From: Piromyces finnis finn
Lineage: Eukaryota > Fungi > Neocallimastigomycota
NCBI GenBank assembly: GCA_002104945.1
Contig: MCFH01000021.1
Location: 756,239-820,238, forward strand
Length of the DNA: 64,000 bases
Reading direction: 5' to 3'
The position numbers and the translations under genes were made by a program. Of this stretch, positions 32,448-44,498 are shown in pieces. The notes beneath the pieces were generated by a model, which saw only the letters and a list, made by a program, of their open reading frames with translations, was not told where the DNA came from and searched no databases. Each line of letters begins with the position of its first letter. Within the stretch, counting starts at the first letter, position 1.

Positions 32448-35400
32448 ATGGATGTAAGTTTAAAAAGCATATATTGTGAAATATAATAATTACTGAAATA
32501 AAATTATTAATTATTACGTTATAATAAAATTAGCAACAACAATACTTAGCCAATTTAGAACAATTATTAAAGCAAGTTTCTTCTCCAGATACTAATGCTA
32601 TTAAGCAAGTTAGTTATCTACTAGAAAATAAATAAAATATATTTAAAATAAGTAAATTAATATCATTTTTTTTATTTAGGCTACCGAAATCTTAAAACAA
32701 AACTATTTCAACAATGAACAATGCATTCCAGCTTTAGTTGAAATTATTTCTTCTTCAAAGGATATTAGTGTATGTGGTATTTGATATTTATTAATAGTTT
32801 ACTTACAAAAGAATAATTATTAATCTTAAAAATTAAATAATCAGATTCGTCACATTGCTGCTGTTGAACTTCCAAAACGTATTAGAAGTCATTTTGAAAA
32901 GCTTGATGATAACCTTAAGTCACAAATTGAACAACGTCTTTTAGAAATTATTACTGTTGAACCACAGTAAGTAAAAAGTATTATAATTTTTGTAGTAGAT
33001 ATAACATTTATTGATAATATTGTATTTTTATAAATTATAAAGAAAGATTATTAGTCACGCTATTGCCCGTTGTATTTCTTCTATGGCTGAATTTGAAATT
33101 CCAAACAATAGATGGACTAATTTAATTGATTTCTTATTTGAATGCTGTAAAAGCCAAAATGCTTCTCACCGTGAAGTTGGTGTATTCGTTTTATATTCTT
33201 TATTTGAGGTTATTGTTGATAATCTTACTGAAAGACTTCCACAAATATTTGAATTATTAAGTGTCACTATTAATGACCCAGAAAGTATTGATGTTAAGAT
33301 TACTACCATGAAGGCATTAGGATCTGTTGTCGAATACATTGATGAAGAAAATCAAAAGGAAATTGAATTATTCCGTTCTTTAATTCCAAATATGGTTAAT
33401 GTTCTTTATCAATGTCTTGAAACTAGCAACAGAGATGGTGCTCAAGCTTGTTTTGATGTTGTTGATATTTTACTTACTTTAGAAACTCAAATTGTTGCTG
33501 AACATTTCTCTCAACTTGTTCAATTAACTGTTGATATTGCTAAGAATCCAAACTATGATGAAAGTATTAGAAATCTTGCTCTCTCTACCTTATTCTTCAT
33601 TCCAGTTTACAAGAAGAACAGTTTAATTCGTTTACAATTAGTTAAGCCAATTATTGATGGCATTTTCCCAATTGGTAATGAAGAAGAACCAGAAGATGAA
33701 GATGAAGATTGTCCAGCTAGATTAACATTCCGTATTATCAACTGTATGGCTACTAATTTACCACCAAATTACATTTTCCCAATTATTATGGAATACATTG
33801 TTAGTTACATGTCAAATGCTAACCCACTTTACCGTAAGGCTGCTTTAATGAGTCTTTGCTCATTAATTGATGGATGTGCTGATTTAATTCGTGGAAGAAT
33901 TAACGACATTTTCACTTTCATTGCCCAAGGTCTTCAAGATAGTGAACCAGTCGTTCGTAAGGCTGCTTGTATTTCCTTCTTCCTTATCGCTATGGAAATG
34001 GTAGAAGAAGTTTCTGTTCATCACAGTTCTTTCATTCCTTTAATCTTCAATTTAATGAATGATCCAGATGTTCAAATTCAAAGACATGCTACTAATGCCT
34101 TAAATGTTTTATTAGAAGGTTTAAATGAAGATATTGTTCAATATCTTCCAATGTTAGCCGAAAAATTCGTTTTCTTATTAGAAAATGGTGCTGTAGAAAA
34201 CAAGGCTGTCATTGTCGAAGCTATTGGTTCAGCCGCTTTATCTGCTAGTGACAAGTTCCTTGACTACTTCGAAGTCTTCTATCCAAGAATCCTCCATTTA
34301 ATGTCTTTAACTACTGGTACTGAAGAATTATTAATCCGTGGTAATGCTACTAGTACTATGGGTTCTATTGCCGAAGCTGTTGGTAAGGATATCTTCCGCC
34401 CATACGTTCAAGAAACTATGAAGTTAGCTATGGAAAGTTTAAGTATTGATAGTCCAAAGTTAAAGGAACAAAGTTTCTTCTACTTTGCCATTCTTGCTAA
34501 GGTATTCAGTGATGAATTCACTCCATACCTTGAACACATTATGCCACCAATTCTTGAATCATTAAACCAATCTGAAGACCTTAATGATTTACTCTTTGAT
34601 GAAGCTGCATTTGAAGATATGGATGATGAAGAAGCTGAAGAAAAGGCTAACCAATTATTCTCAACTTCCTCTGCTATTGCTGAAGAAAAGGAATTTGCTG
34701 CTGATTGTCTTCAAGAAATCTTTGCTGCCACCAAGCATTCATACATGCCATACTTTGAACAAAGTATTGAAATTTTAAAGACTTTATTAAAGCATGACTT
34801 TGAAGGTGTTCGTAAATCTGCTTGCAATTCCTTAATTTCAATTATTTCAACTTGTTATGAAATGTCTAACCCAGAAAAATGGCAACCAGGTTTACCAATT
34901 AAGGTACCAATTAACCAAGATGTTGCTACTCTTATTTCTCAAGTCATGCCAGAAATTATCATTGTTTTAAATGATGAAGAAGATAAGGTATTAGTTATGG
35001 AAGTCTTCCAATCTATTGCTAGTGAACTTAAGAACATCGGTCCATCTTTAATTGCCGAATGTCATAAGGACCTTGCTAACATTTTATTAAGTGTATTAAA
35101 GCGTACTCATACTTGTCAAATCGATTATGACTACGAAGGTGAAGAGCCAGAACAATTAGAAGAAACTGAATATGAATCTATTGTTATTAGCTCTGCCTCA
35201 GATGTTATTGGTTCAATGGCCTTTGTTCTCGGTGATCAATTTATGGAATACTTTGAAGGATTCTATCCAAGTATTGTTAATTTCTACAACCCAGCTAAGG
35301 CTCCAAATGAACGTAATATGGCTATTGGAACTTTAGGTGAAATTGCTGCTGGTATTAAGGGTACTATTACTCCATACACTGAAGAAATTCTTAAGGTCTT

Positions 35401-35854
35401 AATGGCTGGTTTAAAGGATGAAAATAATGAAGTTAACAGTAACGCTGCTTACTCTATTGGTATTCTTTGTGAAAACACTCAATTAGATATCTCAAGTTAC
35501 TATCCAGAAATTCTTTCTAGTCTTTCACCACTCTTTAATTCAACTTCTCTTCCACAAACCATTGATAATGCTTGTGGTGCTGTTGCCCGTTTACTCTTAC
35601 GTTATCCAAATGTTGTTCCAATTGACCAAGTCTTACCAACATTCTTTAATGCCCTTCCACTTAAGAGTGACTTTGAAGAAAATGTTCCAGTTGTTAAATT
35701 CTTACAATACTTATTTGAATCTCAAAATCCATTCATTTTATCTAACAAGGAAGGTTTAACCAACTTATTCCAAGCTATGCTCTCTCCACCAGAAAACCAA
35801 TTAAATGATGAATTAAGAGCTATTGTCTTAAAGATGGCCCAATCCCTTCAATAA
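32448..35854 (+). CDS. KAP123: Importin-4 / karyopherin beta KAP123 (HEAT repeats), 5 exons
   Basis: Micro-exon MD (32448-32453), then QQQYLANLEQLLKQVSSPDTNAIKQ|ATEILKQNYF...|IRHIAAVELPKRI...|KIISHAIARCISSM joined to the 923-aa ORF. It has HEAT repeats, two acidic loops and the C-terminal DNACGAVARLL...LPLKSDFEEN motif typical of IPO4/Kap123. Confidence 0.92.
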
Positions 35855-36736
35855 ATAATAAATAATAATTAAAAGCATAATTAAGAAAGGAAAAATACTT
35901 TCTAAAGCAATCTATCATTTAATATTTTATAGTAAAAATAATCTTAATTTATTTATAAAATCCATAATTATTTAATAGTAAAGAAATTATAGAATTATAT
36001 AATAATTATACATTTTATAATTTTGAAAAAAAAAAGTTATATTTCAGAATTATAAGGATTCGAAAGAGAAAAAATATTGAAGAGAAAAATTGAAAATGAA
36101 TAATTAAATATATAAAGAAAGAAAACTTAATAGAATTTAAAGAATGCAGACTATTTAGTTAATATTAATATCATTAATTCATATAATAATAATTAAATAG
36201 ATAGAAAAAAATCATAAAATAGAATTCATTCTATAAAAGATATTTATATAATATAAACCCTTTTTTAAAAAAAAAAAAAAAAAAAAATAATAATAATATT
36301 AAAAAAAAAAAAAAAAAAAAACTACGAAAATTATTTTTTATTTAATTTATAGAATTTTTAATTATTTAATAGTATATAAATAAAAAAAATTAAATAAAAT
36401 AATATCATAATAATATCATAATCATAATAATAATTTGAGTTTTTCATAAACCCATTTTAAGCTTTAATAAAGCACAAAAATGTATTTAGAATTAAAAGAA
36501 ATATTTTTTATATTTGTAAAAAAAAAAAAAATATGTCATTTTAACAAAGGTATAATAGGACTTTTGTAAAATTTCAAGAAAAAACAAGATATTTTTATCA
36601 CATTTAAAAAGTTAGTGATTACTTTATTATATTACTTTATAATGAATTAATAAAATGATGTACCTCTTTTTCTTTTTTTTTTTTTTTTTTTTTTAATTTC
36701 TAACAAAATCAGGTTTAGGATAAAGTTCATAGGTAT

Positions 36737-36929
36737 CAAAGTTTGCCTATGGTTTCTACTGACTATTGAAAGCAAGAAGTGAATACAAGTTGGATGTTAG
36801 AGTTGTAAAAGCTGCTAAATTTGTTGATCCAGTTTGTCCTAACTACTGTCCAACTTTAATTAAAATTACTAGGATACATTATACCCAATTTTTATTCATT
36901 TGTGTGTTTAAACATATTTTTTTAATTTT

Positions 36930-36962
<33 letters not shown>

Positions 36963-37288
36963 TCCATGAATTAGTACTTATCCTAGAAGTTTTAACAATA
37001 TCAATTCCAATTCAAGGGAATGGAAAGAACTCTGCAAGTGTCAGATTCAATTGGGTATTTATGAAACTTCTAACCAAAATCATGCCTTTTGTTATTGGCC
37101 AGCAATGATCAATGTTGAAAAGGTTTGAAACAGTATCTAAGAGCGTCAATGCAGAAGAAACAGTAAGATAAACCAGGAGAGGCCAGCGCAACCTTATTTT
37201 TAATTTTGTTTTTTTATAATATGTATTATAATTTTAATTAAATTAATAAAGTTTAAAAATATTTGATGCCGTTAAAAAAAAAAAAAAA
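36737..37288 (+). mobile_element. 5'-truncated, decayed LINE copy 3, family B, with poly(A) tail and 15-bp TSD (1 mismatch)
   Basis: AAAGTTCATAGGTAT (36722-36736) versus AAAGCTCATAGGTAT (37286-37300, overlapping the end of the A tail). The first ~110 bp align to 30040-30153 with about 10 mismatches by eye. It has the same 3' terminus as copy 2 (AATAAAGTTTAAAA(A)TATTTGATGCMGTT-polyA). Confidence 0.82.
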
Positions 37289-37779
37289 GCTCATAGGTAT
37301 ATCATATTCAATGGAATCATTCTAATCACTATAATTAATTATCTTAAAATTTTGAAATATTCTGCCGTTATTGATAAAATGTGTATTAGCTTTAATGGAA
37401 AAATTCAAAATGTGTTAATTCCAATTACATTCTAAAATAAACATGATAGGAATCAAAAACTTTTTAGTAAAAAATTAAAACACCATAAAAAATAAAAACT
37501 TTTATTTCTTGATAAACAAACTTTAATAGTTAAATATAAATTAGTAATAATTCTTTCTTTATAATTATCATTCATTAGTATTTAATTAAAATTTATTTTT
37601 CTTGAGAAAGAAAAATAAATTTTAACAATATAAAAAAATGAAAAAAATTTTTTAGTTGTGCTGTAGTCATCGAGAAATATTTTTTTTTTTACAAAAATCA
37701 TGATTTATTAATTAATAATAGTTAATATTCATTAACCATTACTATTTAATATCAACAGCTAAAAACATTAATATTGAAA

Positions 37780-37780
<1 letters not shown>

Positions 37781-37810
<30 letters not shown>

Positions 37811-37848
37811 TCATCATCAACATCAACAACAACAACAACAACAACAAC

Positions 37849-37880
<32 letters not shown>
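37781..37880. repeat. Compound (CAA/CAT)n-(AAT)n intergenic microsatellite
   Basis: Directly visible. No start codon or surrounding ORF supports coding. Confidence 0.9.
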
Positions 37881-38809
37881 GCTAGAAAGTTTAGATCAAA
37901 TTTATTTGTATTTTATTGTACTAAATTTTAATTAATAAAGAATTATTTATAAATAAATTAGCTTGCAAAAAAACATTATTTTTATATATAAAAAAATAAA
38001 AAGTTGAAAGAATTTAAATTTATTTTTTTTTATTTTAACAGATTTTAACATATATAATATTAATATTAATACAGATATAGTAATGTATATAATTAGATTA
38101 TGTGAATAATGCCATTTTATTTTTATAAATATAATAATTTTTATATAAATAGCAAAAAGAAATTATACAAATTATACTAAATGAATATTTATAAAAAATT
38201 TAAAAAAATATTAACGATAAATAATAATAATAATAATAAAAAAAAAAGTTAATATTTGATGTAATTAAATATGAAATTCTATTGATTATTAAATGATGCT
38301 AAAAATAATAAAACGAAACATTAAAAACTATCTTTAAATCCAATTAAAAAATATAATCTATCAATAATTTATTTTAAAAAAATTAAACTTTAAATTTAGT
38401 AGAATTATTTGAAAATTCATTTTATTTATTGGTGGAGAATGTCAATTAGAATTAGAATGTGATTTAGAAATTTTGAAAATACTAATTTTTATAATTAACT
38501 TATTATTATAACTAATAGATAACTTTAAACATTAGTTTTATTTATTTATTTAATAATAAAAAAAGGGTATAAATACTGCATTTTTTTCAATCTAAGTAAG
38601 TCTTCAGAACAATTATTATTTAATAATTTTTCTATATAAAAAAAATTATACCAAGAAATTATTAATCTTATTAATATTTATTCCAAATAAAAAATTCTTA
38701 AATTTTTTAAAGCGTTATAATATTAATAATAACAAATAATATATACCCAATTTTTTTTATAATAAAAAAAAAATACTAATCTTTTAAAACAAACTTTTAA
38801 ATCTTAAAA

Positions 38810-39166
38810 ATGATTACTCCAGGATTCGAAATTCAACTTCACCCAAGTCGTCAATACGAAATTCAAAAGGATAATGAATACAGAGAAAATTTAAAAAAGG
38901 TCTCTTCTCATTACAGAAAGCCACGTTCTCCAGGAGATATTTTCACTCCAAAGAAAACAAATGAAAATAATCATCAACTTATTCTCCACCCAATACGTCA
39001 AATGGAAATATACCGTGAAAAAGGTATGATGATTCAAGTCCATCCAAATTTCTCTAAAAAAGTAGAAATTGAAAAGGAAGAAATAAGAGAACCAATTAGA
39101 ATCATGAGTAACAAGGAAAAGAGATTTAGATCATTTGTCATTAATGACAAATTCCAAACTGTTTAA
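38810..39166 (+). CDS. Orphan 118-aa protein with three internal [IL]x[LV]HP...EI repeats
   Basis: AAAA-ATG context. A GC island in a very AT-rich desert. It uses TTC/TAC/CAC/CGT codons like the housekeeping genes in this window (PheRS, importin), which argues for a real gene. Confidence 0.7.
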   Translation: MITPGFEIQLHPSRQYEIQKDNEYRENLKKVSSHYRKPRSPGDIFTPKKTNENNHQLILHPIRQMEIYREKGMMIQVHPNFSKKVEIEKEEIREPIRIMSNKEKRFRSFVINDKFQTV

Positions 39167-40167
39167 AAAAAATAAAAACTTCTCTGAATATCCTATTTAA
39201 TTTATATAATGGTTATAAAAAAATGGATATTTAATAATTAAAAATTATTTCTTGTATTGGAATAATTAAACTGATTATTTTTATAATGTTTAAAAATAAT
39301 TTAAAAAAATTAAGAAAAAAAAAAATAAATAAAAATAAAAAAATTAAAACTAAAAAGTTCAATATAAAGTGTGGAATTAATGATTTTAATTGTAGATATA
39401 TTATTTAAATATATTATTACTTTATAAATATCAATTAGTTTTTAAATTATATAAGTACTTATAAATAGTAAAAATAGTTAATAAATTATTTTTTTTTAAA
39501 TAGTAATAAAATAATGACTATTTTATTACTATTTAAAAAGAAATAATTTATCAAGACATTATAGTTGAAAATTCTAATGAAAAAAGTTAATATTAAATAC
39601 CTTTATATTAAAATTTTTAAAATTAAATTTAAAATTAAATTCTAACCTTTTATTCCAGATTTTTATTTTAAATAGGTTACACACATTTATTATAATATAT
39701 ATTTTTTTAATTTATATCATTATAATAATATATTTTTGAAATATTTTATTTGAGGAAATATATTGAAATTAATTTCAAATATTATTTTTTCTTTTGTTAT
39801 GAAGTTAAATATTAAAATCATTTTAATAATTAACTTTAGAAATATAAATTAAAAAAAAAAAATAAAAATAAAATTATAAAACTAGAAGGGGATATAATAA
39901 GTAGAGTGGAAGAAGAAAGGGAAAATATTATAATAATATGGAAAAATTTTAAAAGATTAATGTATTAATACAAAATAAATTTATAAATTTAAAATAAAAT
40001 AAAATATAAAAAAAAAGAAAAGGAAAAATCCACTTTTAAAGTATTTTATAGTATAGAAATTTAAATAAAAAAAAAAAAAAAGAAAAGAGAAAAAAAGAAA
40101 AGCAAAAATAAAAAGAAAACAAAAATAAAAAAGCCTAGTATATATTAAAAAAAAAAAAAAAAAAAAA

Positions 40168-40638
40168 ATGAAAAATATATATTTTATAATATCATTAGTA
40201 CAAATAATAACAACTTGTTACGGTAATGTACTTCCTCACTATAATGAGAGTGTAGTTTTTAATAATAATAATACCAATAATGAGAATTCAATAATAAACG
40301 ATAATTCTTATTTACAAAATGTAAGGATATATGATTATGGAATACCTTCAAATTTACAGGAATTATATGATATTCAGAATGGTAATTTAATACCAATGGC
40401 AAAAGTAAAATATATTAATTATAAACAATTTCCAGATTTAAAAAACGTAAAAGGAAAAAATATAGTTTCTCAAAAAGCTTTTAATTTCAATATAAAATCT
40501 GAAAAGAGTCATGAAAGTGAAATTTATGAAAAAGCATTATTGCGTGCTGAGGATGTAATTTCAAAAGCTTTAGGTTAGTATATGTAAATGAAATTTCAAA
40601 ATTTTCTTTTTCAAATTTAAGATATAAATACTTTAGTG

Positions 40639-40689
<51 letters not shown>

Positions 40690-42035
40690 CCTTTTGAATT
40701 ATTGTTATTATTTTAATTATTAATATTATTAATAAAATAAAGATAAATTCTATATAAATTTATATTTTATATTAATATTTAAATTATTAATTTGTTATTA
40801 AAATAATTTAATAATCCTAATAATCCTTTTTTTTTTTATATTTAATTTAATATTATGCAAAAATCAAAGAAATAAAAAAAACAATCAATGTAGATGTATA
40901 TATTGAAGATTTTTGTAATAGCATACAAAGTATTCAGTGTGCGTCATTAGTGGGAATGACATATGCTCCTATTTATATTGCTTTAAAAGATGGTCCAAAT
41001 GAAAGAGAGTATGCTTATCCACAAGCACTTGCCAAACAACTTAACTTGGATAAAGAAATTGAATTTTCAGGTCATGATTTAATTGTATATTTGAATACTA
41101 AAATGGCAAAAGAGGATTATTCTGATCTTATTGTTACCCATGAAATTCTTCATGGCTTGGGAATTATGGGTAATGGAGTTGTTATTGGAAAGAGTATTGG
41201 AATGGACCAAATGGCGGAAGAATTATTTTCACCTTATGTATATTATGATTTTGAAAAAGATGGAGATGAATATAAATATCATTTATTAGGATTCCTACCA
41301 TTTACTATTTATGAAAAATATATTGTTTCATTAAAAGAACCGGATACTTATATCTGTCGTACTGGATTTGATGAATTTTATAACAAATCAGTTAACATTA
41401 CTTCATATTTACTTAATACTAAATCAAGTACAACAGATCAATTTTCAGTATTAACTGATATATATAAAAATATCTATGATAATAATTCTTCTATTGATAA
41501 ATACCGTAAGATTGCAAAACTTTATAAAACCCACAATTCTATTGGTTTTAAAAGTAGTGATGGTGAAGTTATTACTTTACAAACTTTTGATGATAAGTAT
41601 TTATCATCAAGTTCAATATGTCATATTTCTGTTCCATTTGAATGTCATGATTTTGTTTCCTGCTCCTCCGAAAATATGAATGATTATGATAATGAATTTT
41701 TAATGTATTATTCTTATCCGATTCAATTTAAAACAACTGATATGATTAATCGTTTTAACAATAAATATAGTCTTATTGGACCAAAATTAATGAAAATCTT
41801 AACTACTATGGGTTGGACGGAAAAGGGAACGACACAAAATGAAAAAATTTATTATGTAACGAATGATCAATATCCTGATGTTTATAATAACCTTTTCAAA
41901 GTGAAAGCCAATAATAAATTATATGATACCAATAAAAAAGAACCATATCTAATTTCCAAAGGCATAACAATAGATTCACATTTTATTAGTATTATGATTA
42001 TAATCATTTTATCACTAATAATTGTCTATTATTAA
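40168..42035 (+). CDS. Secreted, probably GPI-anchored zinc metallopeptidase, paralog A (HEILHGLG), 2 exons
   Basis: Signal peptide MKNIYFIISLVQIITTCYG. Phase-1 intron from ~40574 (GTTAGT) to AAG at 40867-40869 rejoins as ...SKAL|EIKKTINVDVY. Motifs YAYPQALAKQL, HEILHGLG, GFLPFTIYEK, IGFKSSDGEVITLQTF, SSICHIS, FLMYY and TTMGW. Hydrophobic C-terminal tail. Confidence 0.85.
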
Positions 42036-42279
42036 AAGTAAAAAAAACTTTTTTTTTTTATTTTTTATTTTTTACAATTATATATTATATTATAACAAGA
42101 TAAATTTTATAGAGTTTTTAAGTCAAGTTTTTTTTTTTTTATCAATAATAATATAATTATATTTAAAGTTTTGTAACTACTATTTAATAGTCTTCAAAAC
42201 GTTTTCAATATAAACAAAAAGTAAAATGAAACAACTAATTAATTAAATATAGAAGATATTTTTTATAACTTTTTGATAT

Positions 42280-42320
<41 letters not shown>

Positions 42321-42908
42321 AATGAATTTATATATTCATATATGATAATAAAAGAATAATAATAATAAATTAAAATCAAAACAAAAAAACTATAGGTTAT
42401 ATTATATTTTATTTGCATTATTATTTATTTACAATTTTTTTTTTTTTTTTTTTTTAAATTGTTATTTATGTAAAACCATGATAATTTGATAGTTAAGTGA
42501 ATTATTGTTATATAATATGCTCCAATAAATTCAATATATATATATATTTTTTTGTATATTTATACATTTTGACTTATTTCTTTTCGGTATTAACATTAGA
42601 GAAAGGTGATTTTTCTAGAATCGTTTGCTGGAAAGCATTTCTTTTTTTTTTTTTTAATTATTTTAAATATATATTTAAAAAGTATATATTAGAACATGAA
42701 TTAATAAATTATAGGTTAATAAAGTTTTTATACTTATTTTCTTTACATTGTTTCGTTTAGTTTTCCAATCTTTTTTTTTTTATGTTATGATTTTAATATT
42801 TAATATATATTAATAGATAAAAAAATATTATAAATAAAAGAGAATATTGAGAATATTATTAGTGTATTATTTTTTTTATAATCGTTCTAATTTTTCAATA
42901 TAACGACA

Positions 42909-43570
42909 TTAGATTCTTGAATATTTGATAATTACATTACTAATGATATAATTTGAATCAATTTCTTTTTGTTGAATTAAATTGGCATTCTGATTATATC
43001 TTACTTCAGGATCTTCATTTATATCAGAAAATTTCCTTAAAAAAAAAAAAAAGGTTATTAAAGTAAAACTTTTAATAAAAGAATAATATATTTTATTAAT
43101 ATTGTACATATTATCTTGATTTTTCTTTCCAATATTCATATGGTCAATTGCAAGTTTGATTTGTTGTTGTCTAATTAATAATAAATCATCAAAAATTGAG
43201 TCCGATACTATTGTTTTATAAGAAATTGGTATTAATATTGAAAGTTAAACTCATATGTTCTTTTAATATATACTATAGTGTCAATAAATAAATCTCAAAT
43301 AATTATAATGAAATAAGAAAGTTTTATTAATAACCTGGAAAAATTTTTTGTGGTCCAGATATACTATGTTGAAAATGGGCTAAAATTTTATCATGACAAT
43401 CAATCTATAATGTTCATTTTTATTTAAAAAAAAAACATAAAAGTGTTTATGATAAAGTTGTAAAGTCATTATTTTTTAAAATGTACGATATAAAATGAAG
43501 ACAAACATACTTTATCACCAATATTTCCAGATAAATTCTCAACATTATTTTCCATATTTGATGTATCCAT
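42909..43570 (-). CDS. Small 4-exon hypothetical protein (~120 aa), missed as a whole by the ORF track
   Basis: Hand-spliced with GT..AG and consistent phases: MDTSNMENNVENLSGNIGDK|IDCHDKILAHFQHSISGPQKIFP|VSDSIFDDLLLIRQQQIKLAIDHMNIGKKNQDN|MKFSDINEDPEVRYNQNANLIQQKEIDSNYIISNVIIKYSRI*. Confidence 0.6.
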
Positions 43571-44498
43571 TTTTTATATTTAGCAATTTATTTTTTTTAA
43601 ACTCTAGTTTTTTTTTTTTTTTTTGCCGTCCAAAATATAAGTTCGAATTTAATGGTCAACTATATTAACAAAATAATTATGTATATCGTTATTAATATAA
43701 TAGAATAATAAAAGTTTTAATAAACATTTTTATTAATTTATTAGTTATTTATACATTTATTATATATATAAATAGTTAAAAAATATATGTTTTTATGATA
43801 TTTTACTTTTTTTTTTTTTAATTATTTATATTAAGATATGAATATTACTTATAAAATTTAAAGCTATATTAATATAATGTTTAATAGGATGTTGATGTGA
43901 TTATGAATAATTATAAAAGTAAATGTTTAAAGTATATTCTTTTAATCTGCTTATGAGATACTTGTTCATAATTAACAAGTGCAAAGTGTAATAATAATCA
44001 ATAATAATAACATAAAAAAAAGAGAAGCTAATATATACCTCTATAAAAATTAATTTCAAAATTAGTTTAAACTTTTGTTATTGTTTATATTATATCATCT
44101 GATCTAAATTAGAAAAGAATAATATTTAAACTTTTTATCCACATTTTTTTTTTTATTTTAAAAAAATGCTTTTAATTAAAGTAAATAAAGATGTAGAATT
44201 TAATTAATGTAATGCTTAATTAATGACTTTAATTAAATTTGATAGATTAATTAATTAATATTAAAATTTTATTAAATTTTTTCTTATATAAAAATACTTA
44301 ATTTTTTTTATTTCTTTTTTTTTTTTTACCATTTTATTTTGAAAAAGTTATTATTTCCTACAGACTTATTTCAGAAAGCAACTCTATATTTTTAAAAAGA
44401 GAGAAGAAAAAAAAAGTAATATATGTACATGAATACTAAAAATAAAAAAAAATAAGTAAAATGTTATTATAAAAAATATTAGACGACAATTACCAATT

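Noticed and set aside
42497-42760. 87-aa hydrophobic ORF, and similar ones at 17178..17360 and 59770..59982
   Set aside because: Phe/Ile/Tyr/Lys-biased translations of AT-rich intergenic DNA containing homopolymer runs.
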